Positions 49,501 through 62,744 of a DNA stretch of 64,000 bases are shown here, one piece after another. This DNA comes from Anthoceros angustus (Eukaryota; Plantae; Anthocerotophyta). Made by a program: the position numbers and the translations under genes. The stretch spans positions 2,877,478 to 2,941,477 of the forward strand of contig MU008158.1 in assembly GCA_010909165.1 (NCBI GenBank). Direction: 5' to 3'. The notes under the pieces were generated by a model. That model had not been told where the DNA came from. It made no database searches and worked only from the letters and a program-made list of their open reading frames with translations. Numbering within the stretch: position 1 is the first letter of the stretch; each line of letters begins with the position of its first letter.

Positions 49501-52500
49501 GGGGAGACACGTAAGGTGGCGGAGAAGAATTTGGGCAAGGCTATCAAGGCGGCGCTAAATTACGAGGAATCTAACTCAGGAGATGAAGAAGGCTAAGAAG
49601 AAGTCCAAAACGGGAAAAGAAAGGGATTCCTCATCGCCCCTGGAGAAAGTTCCTCAGAGAGGAAAGCTCCTCAAGATTCCCAGGATTCCATGGAGGAAGA
49701 AACGAGTGACTTGGAGGAAGATTCACGATGGGGAGCGCACGAGGAAAAGAAGAAATCAAGGGTGAAGTGGAAGGAAGAAGAGCTGCATGGGGAACAAAGA
49801 GTCATGAGGGCGAAACAAGAGGCGTTGTATGCAAAAAGATGCGGAGCAAGCAAGGAGGGAGGCCGAGGCGGCAACCAAGAAAGTGGAACAACACAGTGGA
49901 GGCGAGAGGGCCAAACCCAATTCAAGAGGGGAAGGGAGACGAGATGGCCTCGAATGAGAAGGGAGAAAGAGCTTCACAAAATCGACGATCCGAAATTTGT
50001 GAGTATCCGGCACCGCCAAATTCCTCAAAACCTCTAAGGTACAAAGAATAAAGCGTCTCCATTACTCGCGACCGTTAAGACACAAGACCAAGTTATATCG
50101 AATGGGACCGGACGGTAACAACGGTTATGGGTGACGATCGAAAGGTGGATGGGTCCGCTCGTGGTCCCGGAGGTTTTCCACAATGGTTCCATCCACCGCA
50201 GATTTGAATGAGTCGCTTTGCCAACCGTAGTTGGTTGGCGAGTTGAAAAGTATTATCAATAAGTTGGCGAGGACGCCAACAAATGAGAAGGGAGTATGTG
50301 GAAGACCACATGTACACTAACCTCCCCGACTTGGTTTGAATGTTTTTTTGTTTTTCTTATGTTTTGTGTGATGGAGTGCTTAGGAAATGTCCGAGGCAAG
50401 GCCTTTTATACTAAAATGGTCCTTGGCCCATGACAATATTACTTTTACAAATAATTAGTCCTTGGGCCTCGAACTGTGAATATCGGTGCTAGAAGGTCCT
50501 TGGACCTTGGGATTTTAGGAATAAAATTGTCTATATAAGGTGGGGATCCTTCATTCAAAGAACAGGGGCCTGTGAACAAGTGGAGACTGCACCTCCGGAG
50601 AAGTTCGGGAAGCTAGCGGAGAGGTATAAGCGGAGAGAGGTGAGGCTAGGGCCGTGGTCAAGAGAGGCAACCAAGAAGGGTAGAGCAACAGCCACCGCAG
50701 TTGGTAAACACACCTTGGGGAAGCCACCACGGTGGAGCCACCACCGTCATGGCAGCCACCACGGTGGTGGAGCCGCCATCGTCATGAAGGAAGAAGGACC
50801 CAAGGTGGGGAAGCCACCGTCGAGGAGGGGTCTGTGGCTGAGGAGGATGCAACCCCTCAGTTCCGTGAAGCAACCACTGGATTGTCCACGGAGCCGGGCA
50901 TACCCTTCACAGTTGTGCTCGAGGAAATGAGCAAGGCGGAGGCTAGAGCATGGATGGAGGAACGACTGCTTGCCCAAAGATGAGGAGCGAGGAACACCCA
51001 TGGGCGCAGGGGCGAGACCCCTAGGAGGAGTGAAGGGACCCTGGATAGCGGGAGTGAGGTGGAGATATTAAGGGAGGATCTTCGGATCGAGGCGTGGTAG
51101 GAGAGCGGGGAACACCCATGGGCCGCAGGCTAGGCGCCACAGTGAGGCGGCGCGCTGATTTTAGAGGGAGCGCATCATAGGTCGAGGCTTTCACTTGGAT
51201 TAGAGGATAAGGTGCTAGGAAGCTTGTGAATTTGTAGATACCGAATTGGTAGGCGCGCTGGTAGGTTAGCCATCTTTAAACACCGGAGGTAGGTTAGCCA
51301 TCTTTAGACACCGGAAAGTGAGCTATGGCGCTGCCGATGTATAAGAGACCCTTGAGTGTCTCTCTTGAGACAATTTGTGTGAGCTCCGTGTGTCGAATTT
51401 GTGCGCGTGGTTGGTTGGAGACATCCGATCGATGATGGGCTGATTCGGTGTCGTCCTCTCACAAGAGGGCCGGGAGATCCTGGATGGTCGAGAGCCGAGT
51501 GACCAAGCTCCGGGGTGACTAGTGGTGAAGGGTGCTCAATGCATGCTAGGAGAGGGAAATTCCGTTGGGGACCGGGTGAGATCGCGGGTGTCGAATCGCC
51601 TGGAGCCGACCATTGTTTTCCTTTCCCAACCACTGCCTAACCATTGTGTCTAATCCCAAGGAGGGGTCTGTGTGTGGCCCAGGAGGGGTCTGTGGCCCAG
51701 GAGGGGTCTGTGGCTGAGGAGGTCTGTGGCCCAGGAGGGGTCTGTGGCTGAGGAGGGGTCTGTGGCCCAAGGAGGGGTCTGTGGCTGAGGAGGGGTCTGT
51801 GGCCCAAGGAGGGGTCTGTGGCCCAAGAGAGGTCTGTGGCCCAAGAGAGGAGGATCTGTGGGAACATCTTGTGCGCGTGGTTGGTTGGAGACATCCGATC
51901 GATGATGGGCTGATTCGGTGTCGTCCTCTCACAAGAGGGCCGGGAGATCCTGGATGGTCGAGAGCCGAGTGACCAAGCTCCGGGGTGACTAGTGGTGAAG
52001 GGTGCTCAATGCATGCTAGGAGAGGGAAATTCCGTTGGGGACCGGGTGAGATCGCGGGTGTCGAATCGCCTGGAGCCGACCATTGTTTTCCTTTCCCAAC
52101 CACTGCCTAACCGATTGTGTCTAATCCCAAGGAGGGGTCTGTGTGTGGCCCAGGAGGGGTCTGTGGCCCAGGAGGGGTCTGTGTGGCCCAAGGAGGGGTC
52201 TGTGGCTGAGGAGGGGTCTGTGGCCCAAGGAGGGGTCTGTGGCTGAGGAGGGGTCTGTGGCCCAAGGAGGGGTCTGTGGCCCAAGAGAGGTCTGTGGCCC
52301 AAGAGAGGAGGATCTGTGGGAACATCTTGTGCGCGTGGTTGGTTGGAGACATCCGATCGATGATGGGCTGATTCGGTGTCGTCCTCGTCACAAGAGGGCC
52401 GGGAGATCCTGGATGGTCGAGGAGTGACCAAGCTCCGGGGTGACTAGTGGTGAAGGGTGCTCAATGCATGCAGGAGAGGGAAATTCCGTTGGGGACCGGG

Positions 52501-53394
52501 GTGAGATCGCGGGTGTCGAATCGCCTGTGGAGCCGACCATGTTTTCCTTTCCCAACCACTGCCTAACCAGTTGTGTCTAATCCCAAGGAGGTCTGTGGCC
52601 CAGGAGGGTGTGTGGCCCAAGGAGGTCTGTGGCCCAGGAGGGGTCTGTGTGGCCCAGGAGGGGTCTGTGTGGCCCAAGGAGGGGTCTGTGGCCCAGGAGG
52701 GGTCTGTGTGAGGAGGTCTGTGTGGCCCAAGGAGGTCTGTGGCTGAGGAGGTCTGTGGCCCAAGAGAGGTCTGTGGCTGAGGAGGTCTGTGGGAACATCT
52801 TGTGCGCGGTGGTGTATGAGGTCTTAGAAGAAAGGGGTGAGTGAGTCGTTGTGTGAAGAGGAGTCTAGGAAGTGGTGAGCGCGAGAGTCTGGAAATGCGG
52901 AACGCTGAGGAAGGTTGGGAATAAATTGTGGGGTCAGAGGAAATCAGCGATGGAGTGAGGTGCCGCGGCGTGCGTGGCCATGGTGTGCATCCATCAGTGA
53001 GCTCTGGGTGTGAATCCACATGAGTGTGACTTGGTGTACATGTGAATCTGTGTGCATAGGACCATAGCCCTTAACGAGCGTAGCAGGGGAACCGGGCGCC
53101 AAATAGTCGATCGCGGCGTGTGCCACCACGAGGCGGCCGGGTGGGTCCCACCACGGCGGTGGCGGAATCCACCACGGTGGTGAATCCACCACGGCGGTGG
53201 CGGAATCCACCACGGTGGTCGAACTTACTACCAGTAGTTGATTATGGCGGTAGGAACCGATTGTAGGAGGACTAGAATCCATAGTTTTAGAACATCTTGA
53301 CACAAAACCATTCCCTTGGGATCGAATCCTAGGACTATAACGACATAGAGGGTAAATGTGGCCTCTTTGCGTCTTGGATGCAAACCATTCCACA
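46561..53394 (+). mobile_element. Non-autonomous LTR retrotransposon with long LTRs and gag-only interior (TR-GAG/LARD-like), nested in the TIR element
   Basis: 5' LTR 46561-48658 and 3' LTR 50297-53394 (TGTGGAA...TTCCACA inverted termini; the 5' copy lacks the first TG). PBS-like TTTTGGCGCG at 48659, polypurine tract AAATGAGAAGGGAG at 50281. CTTT(T) flanks both ends. Interior has only a gag-like relic ('FEELKNAF...KETLQAYVERF', ~49130-49700). Confidence 0.85.
47900..48110. repeat. G-rich minisatellite (GGAGGG[G]TCTGTGGCCCA) in the LTR; also at 51657-51860, 52127-52320, 52584-52792
   Basis: Directly visible tandem 17-21-bp units. Confidence 0.9.
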
Positions 53395-53890
53395 CTTTTC
53401 CCGCCCACACATAAGCTAGATGAAAATACACATCTTCCATGGCGAGAATGAATCTATACCATCCGAGAAAGGGAAGGTGGGGTCATTTGTCGTCATGAAG
53501 GAAGACACAGGCAAGCGCTCGTAATCAAGCAACTCCTTAAATGCTTTATCGCCGGCGTGTTTTGCCATTGTCCGGCTAATGTGGCAAATGCAAATTTGAG
53601 CATATTCTAAGGTATATGCTAGTTATGCCACAGCTAAAATAGTGTTCGGTGGCATAACGATGGGCACCTAGAGTGATTCAGCATCCACCGACTAGCAGCT
53701 GTACACAGCCGCCGTTTCCTACCAGCCGCAAAGTGGGCACCTCGACTTCATTGCCAGCATTTAGTGCGAAGGCTTATTTCGGCACGGAAGCCCGCGAATT
53801 GTATCGAGTCTTGCGCATCCACTTCTCATCCACCTTGCGCATCCCCTCCTCCTCCCCGCTGGACGTCACGCGCCCCTCCGTGTGAGAGCA

Positions 53891-56800
53891 ATGGCCAACG
53901 ACAGCAGCGACGGCGAAGGCGTGTTCGATTTTGCAAATTTCAGGCCGGCGGGTCAGATGCATGTCATTCCCGAACCGGGTGGCCATGAGTCTGACGACTC
54001 AATTGTTGATCTCGGGACGGATGCACGCGTCGTAGTTTTAGAGGATGATTCACGGCTATGGCGGCGCGTCGGCGGGCATAGTCCTTGAAGAGACACGGTG
54101 GCAGACTTCAGCGGTGGAAGCGATGGCGATGTGCGTGTTCCGGATATGGAGGGGGAACGGAGGATATGGTTGCCCGATGGGGACCTTTTTGCGATCCGGA
54201 GTGCGATGCGGGCGGAGAGGATCGCACAAGAGGAGCTCGTGCGAGCGTTTAACCGGATGTCCGGTGCTCGACGCAGACGCCGCGACGCAGGCGACCGTGT
54301 GCCACCACGAGGCGGCACGGCACCATCCATCCGGACTTCTTGGATCACCGGTGGCGGCGCATCGCGAAGATGTACCTGTTGGCGCATTTGGGAAACCGGA
54401 TAACACCGGACGCCGGCGACAAGGTCGGCCTCCGGCGGATCTTTGTGGGCGGTCCTGTGAATACTATCGAGAATGTGCTACACCGGGAACACCGGGCAAG
54501 ACTACGATGTGGAGAGTGTTGCGAGTCTCCGGACTTTGGTGAGAAGATCCACATTGTTGATTTTGGGCTTGGCTTGGAAACAATATCGCACGCGGGTGAT
54601 GGCGGAGTTGCAATCTTGGGAGTCGTCAAGAGCTAATGTGGTCCGTGGTCCCGGATCTTTGTTTGGTGATTGTGATGCCATCCGGTTGGAGTTGCACGAG
54701 ATGATGCCTCGCGCACATCCGCCAAAGGTGAGGATTTGCGTGCAACAGCATAGCGTTGCCAGCGTAAAGTACCTCCGGCGAGCTAGAATGGATTTGGTCT
54801 TAGAGAAGCATTGTTCGGGGCCAAGTTGTGCGCGATTTAAAGCGGCATTGTTGTGACAAAAATGTTTAGGCGTGTTGGCCATTCAAATTGAAGGTGATTC
54901 GTGTAGCATTCTTCCGCATGACAAAAGGAGGCGGGAACAGCATTTGCAAGACCATCTGGATCGATCGAAGGCGAAGAGGAGTTGTTGCCCATAGTATGGA
55001 TAAACCGGATTCCACATGGGAAGAAAGCGGTGTGTGTGAGGGCTTTCATCGGGTTTTCGCATTGGGTCACTAAGATACAAGAATGCGCAAACCGGGTAGT
55101 GAAAAATGTTAGATGGACCGTAGGCTACGGTCTCGCAAAGCAGCCAACGCCATATGGATTACACGTCATGTGGATGGGCGTTTTCTTCAAAGGTCATGGA
55201 AGAGCGAATCGGAAGTCTTCAACTTGCCGACTCGTACGAAGAGGAGATCTTCATTGAGTATGCCGGTGAGCAGATCGATGTGCTCCACGTTTATTCTGAC
55301 TACTTTTGCAAGCTTTGGATGAAGTATTTCCGTTAAAATACCACGCAGTGCAAGTTCGATCATCATGCGATGACCTAAAGAGGAAAATAAAAAGGCGGTC
55401 GGACCACGTACAAGGTGAGATGGCGGTCCTTATTCCAGCGGTCACCGGATGTCCCGCCGAACTTTGGCGCAACCCCATGGCCTCATACCCTTTTCTTGCG
55501 AATGAAGGCGGGGCTTGAAACAAACCGTGTGCACATTGTCGACGCCTTATTGTTGCGTGCGGACAAGAATGTGGAGCTCGAGACTCCACAGAGAACAACG
55601 AAGGCGAAAATGGCGCGCACCGCACAAGTGCTTGGGCGGCTAAGTTCATTGGTATTGCCATAGATGGTATGGACCAAAAAAGCAGAGTTGCCCCATTACC
55701 GCAGATTGCCAAAAGGCGGTTGATTCCGGAGCCCTTGTCGGGCTTCACGTTCTAGGTGTCTGGTGTTCAACTACTTGGTGCGCAGTGTGTGTGAGGGCTT
55801 TCATCGGGTTTTACGCATTGGGTCACTAAGATACAAGAATGCGCAAACCGGGTAGTGAAAAATGTTAGATGGACCGAGGCTACGGTCTCGCAGCAGCCAA
55901 CGCCATATGGATTACACGTCATGTGGATGGGCGTTTTCTTCAAAGGTCATGCGGAAAGGCGCGAATCGGGAAGTCTTCAACTTGCCGACTCGTACGAAGA
56001 GGAGATCTTCATTGAGTATGCCAGCGGCAGCGGATCGATGTGCTCCACGTTTATTCTGACTACTTTTGCAAGCTTTGGATGAAGTATTTCGGTTAAAATA
56101 CCAGTGCAGGTTTTCGATCTGTCGATGCGATGACCTAAAGAGGAAAATAAAAAGGCGGTCGGACCACGTACAAGGTGAGATGGCGGTCCTTATTCCAGTG
56201 TCGGATGTCCGAACTTTGGCGCAACCCCATGGCCTCATACCCTTTTCTTGCGAATGAAGGCGGGGCTTGAAACAAACCGTGTGCACATTCGACGCCTTAT
56301 TGTTGCGTGCGGACAAGAATGTGGAGCTCGACTCCAGAGAACAACAAGGAGCGAAATGGCGCGGCACACAAGTGCTTGGGCGGCTAAGTTCATTGGTATT
56401 GCCATAGATGGTATGGACCAAAAAACAGAGTTGCCCCATTACCGCAGATTGCCAAAGACGGTTGATTCCGGAGCCCTTGTCGGGCTTCACGTTCTAGGTG
56501 TCTGGTGTTCAACTACTTGGTGCGCACAGTGTATTTGAGTTTCCGAATGTGAGAAATGATCCAAGAGGCTGTCGTGATTGATGTTATCAATACAGGAGGC
56601 CGCTCCCCTATTCTATACTTGCGGATGGACAACACTGCTCAAAACAAGAATCGGAGGTATTGGCATATCTCCATGCTTGTGGCGAAAGGTATCTTCAAAA
56701 ATCAAGGTGGGGTTTCTTCTTGTTGGCCATACCCACGATCGATTGACCAAATGTTTTCGAGGTTCTCGGTTGTGCTAGGGTTGAAGGATGCTTTCACATT

Positions 56801-59720
56801 GCCGAAATGATAGGGTTCTTTGGAGCGGGCGTACACCCCATCACCGCAGATTCACATCTTGAAGGAGGTGCCGGACTTCAAGACCTATCTATGGCCGAAG
56901 GGGATCGTCGCAACGTATGACTTGCATAATCACGATTTTCAACACCCGGACGCCGCGACAAGGTCGGCCACATGCCGTGGTCCCAGAATACTATCGAGAA
57001 TGTGCTACACCAGCAGAACACCGGGCAAGACTACGTGGAGAGTGTTGCGAGTCTCCGGACTTTGGTGAGAAGATCCACGATTGTTGATTTTGGGCTTGGC
57101 TTGGAAACAATATCGCACGCGGGTGATGGCGGAGTTGCACCGGGAGTCGCCCAAGAGCTAATGTGGTCCGTGGTCCCGGATCTTTGTTTGGTGATTGTGA
57201 TGCCATCCGGTTGGAGTTGCTCGAGATGATGCCTCGCGCACATCCGCCAAAGGTGAGGATTTGCGAACGAGCCGCACGACGTTAAGCGTAAAGTACCTCG
57301 GCGAGCTAGAATGGATTTGGTCTTAGAGAAGCATTGTTCGGGGCCAAGTTGTGCGCCGATTTAAAGCGGCATTGTTGTGACAAAAAATGTTTAGAGCGTG
57401 TTGGCCATTCCAAATTGAAGGTGATTCGTGTAGCATTCTTCCGCATGACAAAAGGAGAGCAGGAACAGCATTTGCAAGACCATCTGGATCTGATCGAAGA
57501 CGAAGAGGAGTTGTTGCCCATAGTATGGATAAACCGGATTCCACATGGGAAGAAACAGGTGTGTGTGAGGGCTTTCTGTCGGGTTTTCTGCATTGGGTCA
57601 CTAAGATACAAGAATGCGCAAACCAGGGTAGTGAAAAATGTTAGATGGACCGTAGGCTACGGTCTCGCAAAGCAGCCAACGCCATATGGATTACACGCTG
57701 TCATGTGGATGGACGTTTTCTTCAAAGGCTGTGCGGAAAGACTGCCGAATCGGGAAGTCTTCAACTTGCCAGACTCGTACACGAAAGAGGAGATCTTCAT
57801 TGAGTATGCCAGGCAGCAGAACAGATCACTTTGCTCCCACGTTTGTTACAGCTACTTTTGCAAGCTTTGGATGAAGTATTTCCGGGGCGTTAAAATACCA
57901 CGGCAAGTTTCATCTGCGGCATCGCGATGACCTAAAGAGGAAAATAAAAGACGGTGGTCGGACACGACAAGGTGAGATGGCGGTCCTTATTCCAGCGGTC
58001 ACCGGATGTCCGCCGAACTTTGGCGCAACCCCATGGCCTCATACCCTTTTCTTGCGAATGAAGGCGGGGCTTGAAACAAAACTGTGCACATTGTCGACGC
58101 CTTATTGTTGCGTGCAGACAAGAATGTGGAGCTCGACTCCACAGAGAACAACAATGTATGAGCGCAAATGGCCGGCTGCGGCTAAGTTCATTGGTATTGC
58201 CATAGATGGTATGGACCAAAAAAAAACAGAGTTGCCCCATTACCGCAGATTGCCAAAGACGGTTGATTCCGGAGCCCTTGTCGGGCTTCACGTTCTAGGT
58301 GTGCTGGTGTTCAACTACTTGGTGCGCACCAGAGTGTATTTGAGTTTCCCGAATGTGAGAAATGATCCGAATGGAACTGGAGCCGTGATTCAGCATGTTA
58401 TCAATACCTGGGAGGGGCCGCTCCCCCCTATTCTATACTTGCAGATGGACAACACAGCTGCTCAAAACAAGAATCAGGAGGTACTGGCATATCTGTCCAT
58501 GCTTGTGGCGAAAGGTATCTTCAAAAAAATCAAGGTGGGGTTTCTTCTTGTTGGCCATACCCACGATCAGATTGACCAAATGTTTTCGAGGTTCTCGGTT
58601 GTGCTAGGGTTGAAGGATGCTTTCACATTGCCGAAATGATAGGGTTGCTGGAGCGGGCGTACACCCCATCACCGCAGATTCACATACTGAAGGAGGTGCC
58701 AGACTTCAAGACCTATCTATGGCCGAAAGGGGGATCGTCTGCAACGTATGACTTGCATAATCACAGTTTTCAACACCAGTTCAAAATAACAAGGGAGAAG
58801 CTGCTATCAGGAGAGGACGTGACTGTGCTAAGATGCAAGGAGTTTTCAAGTTCTGATCACTGGTCACCGGAGGGTGGTGTGCAGCTATTACGTTCAGGGG
58901 TGCCACCACGGGTGATTGTGGCAGCTCCATTGTTGCCGTTGGTCCCATCACACGCCCAAGGTAAAGGAAAGGGACATGCAAAACGGAAGGATGCCCCTGA
59001 TGTCCGTGTCAATGACGATAGTCTCCAAGGCAGTGGCGCTAGTGGCAGTGTAGTGGCGGGAGTCCATGAAGTAAAAGCGGGCCTAGAACGCACCAGGCGA
59101 CATATGAATGTGGAGCAACTATCATGGTGGGATACGTTCTGGGATGAACAGGTAGCAATAGCCGAGAGACTTGCAGCTGGCATTCCATTCCGTTGGAGAG
59201 AATGGTCTTGGTACACTCGCGATGAAGAAAAGCGAGGTACCACACAGACCCTCCAGACTCAACTTTGGTTGATCCTGCAATGGCGACGGATTTTTGGACA
59301 TGGTGGAGGTGTACAGGGCACATCAAGTGCGGAGGGAGGGCAAGGCGAGGCTCAGTCGAGGTTGTGTGAAGGAGATTGAGGAGGGAATGATGGTTGCTGT
59401 CAAGGCGGGATGATCCAGAGGCGACCATTCGGCTCGCAAAAGTGGTGGAGGTGGACCATGATCGGGTCCCTTTCATGATAGTTCATTGGTGGCGGACAGA
59501 GAACAATGATGCATTCGAGGGAAGGTACATGGAGGAGTTTGTGATACAGCGCCCACGGTCGAGGGAAAAAGTGCGGCGATCAAAGAATGGAGGCAGGGCG
59601 TCGGAGAAGCATTTGCAAAGCCTCAACTTCCGAGACAATGTGCTGGCCTATGATTTGTGACAAGGAACAAGGCGTTGCGAGGGCGACAATGAAGGATAAA
59701 GACCAAAGTCTTTGAGTTGC
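53891..59720 (+). mobile_element. Sola-like/DUF7869 DDD transposase, frameshifted, with partial tandem copies (best copy ~56941-59720)
   Basis: ATG at 53891. 'CCDKKCL', 'KQVCVRAFCRVFCIG', 'AERLPN..LPDSYTKEEIF..SYFCKLWMKYFRGVKIP'. Catalytic-type motifs 'IAIDGMDQKKT' (D ~58205), 'LYLQMDNTAAQNKN' (D 58448), 'FLLVGHTHDQIDQMFS' (D 58574). C-terminal 'EGMMVAV...IRLAKVVEV...IVHWW' SH3/Tudor-like segment. Confidence 0.82.
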
Positions 59721-62718
59721 GTCGAGCCGGTGATGAACCGGCGAGACTTCCGCCGGTGACACGAATGTCATGCCCAAGACATGATTGACTCGGAAGACCT
59801 CGACAATGTGGAATCAACGGATGAGTCCACGTGGTGGTGGACCGGTGGATGGTCGGACTGGAGAGGAGCCGATGAGGCAACCTAATATTGTCAACTTTCC
59901 GTTCCTTGTACCAGACCGTTATGTCCCCTCGGGCTTGAATGCGATGGATTGTTTTCGTCTTTTCGTGGAAAGGTTTAACTTGCCATCGGCATCATCTCTG
60001 TTGTAGGAAGTTGACGGTGTGATAATGTCCGGAGCATGTAAGCGACTATGTCGAAACCGGATCCCAATGTGGTGCTCTAATTTTCTAACAATGTTCGGTG
60101 GTTTTGTCCGATTGAGAGTAGCGAGGTTTCAATGGTGATCATGCGTCATCTATGTTCGACCTTGCTGTGGCGAAGTGTTCCCGGAGGATGGTCACAGGAT
60201 GTCCGTGGCAAAGGTATGTATGCCGCAGCAAGTGCGCCAATGTTTGTTTTTCGGTTCTAGTTAGGGACCGCCTAATGACTATGGGGTGGAACGGGACGGG
60301 GTCGATCTCAGCGGTGGCAGTTCGGTGACGGGGCGCACAGCGTAAAGCGGTGAGTACCAAGACGGGCTCAAAAGCAGCGTCTTCCTCCACTGCTTCCGCC
60401 ACCGACACGAATGTCATGCCCAAGACATGATTGACTCGGAAGACCTCGACAATGTGGAATCAACGGATGAGTCCAGACGTGGTGGTGGACCACCGGATGG
60501 TCCGGACTGGAGAGGAGCCGATGAGGCAACCTAATATTGTCAACTTTCCGCCTTGTACCAGACCGTTATGTCCCCTCGGGCTTGAATGCGTGGATTGTTT
60601 TCGTGAAAGGTTTAACGACTTGCCATCGGCATCATCTGTTGTAGGAAGTTGACGGTGTGATAATGTCCGGAGCATGTAACGGCGACTATGTCGAAACCGA
60701 TCCCAATGTGGTGCTCTAATTTTCTAACAATGTTCGTGGTTTTGTCCAGCTTGAGAGTAGCAGCGAGGTTTCAATGGTGATCATGCGTCATCTATGTTCG
60801 ACCTTGCTGTGGCGAAGTGTTCCCAGGATGGTCACGCCCAGGATGTCCGGTGGCAAAGGTATGTATGCCGCAAAGCAAGTGCGCCAATGTTTGTTTTTCG
60901 GTTCTAGTTCTGGGGACCGCCCCTAATGACTATGGGGGTGGAACGGGACGGGGTCCGGGCCTCAGGTGGGCTCAGCGAACGGACGCACCAGCGAAACGGT
61001 GAGTACCAAGACGGGCTCAAAAGCGTCTTCCTCCACTGCTTCCACCGCCAGAGGTTGTCTTCCACCTCCTTTGTGGTTTGTGCACGCGCTCATCCCCTCC
61101 TCTGGCGGAGCCGTCCTCACGCCATGCTCCTCCACCTCCTTCCGACCTCACGGTTTGGGTTTTGCCTGTTTGTTCCGCCTTCTCCTTACGTCCCATCCAT
61201 CCAACCTTGCCTTGAACTAACCTTCGCTGTTTGCAGCCCTTCTGGATGAGGACTCGCAGAGGTGGCTACGAGTCACCACCTCGTATCACAAGGGAGGATG
61301 TGGAGGCAAAGCGAGCGCGAAGGCGGAGAAGGATGGAAGTTGCCCATCCAGGACTTGTGTGGAGGCCATTTGGGTCTCCAGCTGTGCAGGCGTGGGCAGG
61401 GAAAGACGGTATGGCTGTGGCCATCTCCTTCCATGCAGAGGGTGGCAGTAGCATCTTAGATTTTCCGGATCTTTGCGGAGGTAGGAAAAAGCCAAGGGGT
61501 GGAAGAGGACTATAGGATAGCGAAGGAGGGGTTCACGGAGGCGAAACGAAGGGTGCAGCAACTCCAATGTCCGAGAGGAAGGAGGGTGAAGGAAGAGCAG
61601 GACTGTCCGGTCCCAAAGAATTGTTTAGAGCTTCCGTGACCTTGCATGCCGTGAGTCCATGCAACTTACGCGAATGAAGGTTCTGCGGAGGAGGCCGCCG
61701 GGAGCGGGAGCGGGTGGAAGTGAAGGAGGAGGCGGTGGCACTTACCTCTACCTTTTCGCTTGAGAGTTGAGCATGGTTGTCGCATGCACTAACGGGCATT
61801 CATTGTGGCAGAGACAGGCTGATGGGGACACCCTTGGCAAAACTGGAGGAGCACTGTTGGAGATAGGAGCGTGAAGTGGGTTACCTAGGTTTTTTTTGCA
61901 AGCGATCTGTAGACTAGAAGCGGGGCGGGAGGGGGAAGAGAAAGGGAGGGGGGGGTTGGATGCTTCGTAGCTTTCTCGTGGCTTCACTGGGGTCAGAGTT
62001 GGGGACGGCAATCACATGATTTTGTGTATGTCAAGTTTTAGCGTCGATGTGCAAGCCATGGTGCCGCAGTGTGAAGCGGAAACGGGGTTTGAGTTTGGGG
62101 AATGCGATTCGGGAATGTTTTGTCCACACGTGGTGGTGGACCGGTGGCTATGAGCCAACGGTCAATGTCACATGGCATGGACTAGAGGCGGTTACATATG
62201 AACTACACCATATGTTTTCCAATACTTTATTAGCGAGAAATGTATTCATCAGCATATACTTTGTACCTTGGGGATGTATATTTGAATAATATTATTCCAT
62301 GTATTTTACATGAATAACCCTAAGGCCCACAAAGTGAGCCGCTAGTGATGCATTCTCCAATTGTGTAACATGACGGTGTACACTTTTCCATATGCCGGTT
62401 GTAAAGGTAGCTTTGGTCGTAATGTATCCCAAAAGTGACACGATTGAAATAAAGCCTAAATAAATGTTCTAGTCCGCACGCCATAAATTTATAAGGATCT
62501 CTACTTTTCTCCCGAATGCCTCTTTTGTTTAACCATGAGACATCGAGGTGTGGAAATATTGCCAATAAATTTCAAGTTTTGATGAAGTGGAATGGGTTTG
62601 GGTGTCTGCGTTGTATTTTTAGCGGCCGTTTCCCACAAACCCTCAAAATCAACGTTCCGAGTTTTCTTAAGTGCAAATTTTGATGACATATTTGGCCCGT
62701 CTCCGGAAAGTGGAGTGT

Positions 62719-62744
62719 GTCACTAGCCCTAAGGAGACCCTGTT
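62719..62744 (-). repeat. Right terminal inverted repeat
   Basis: GTCACTAGCCCTAAGGAGACCCTGTT followed by GAAG. Confidence 0.85.

Larger units (their letters stand above)
41232..62744. mobile_element. Large TIR DNA transposon (Sola-like/DUF7869 DDD transposase) with cargo gene(s)
   Basis: Left TIR 41232-41257 AACAGGGTCTCCTTAGGACTGGTGAC. Right TIR 62719-62744, reverse complement AACAGGGTCTCCTTAGGGCTAGTGAC (24/26 identical). Direct repeat GAAG at 41228-41231 and 62745-62748. DDD transposase inside. Confidence 0.85.

Noticed and set aside
46984-52800. Repeat arrays as possible CRISPR
   Set aside because: Units are contiguous minisatellites with no unique spacers, lie inside LTRs, and there are no cas genes.
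47781-53019. Pro/Thr-rich repetitive ORFs (WATDPS, GPQTPP)
   Set aside because: Translations of the LTR minisatellite in several frames.
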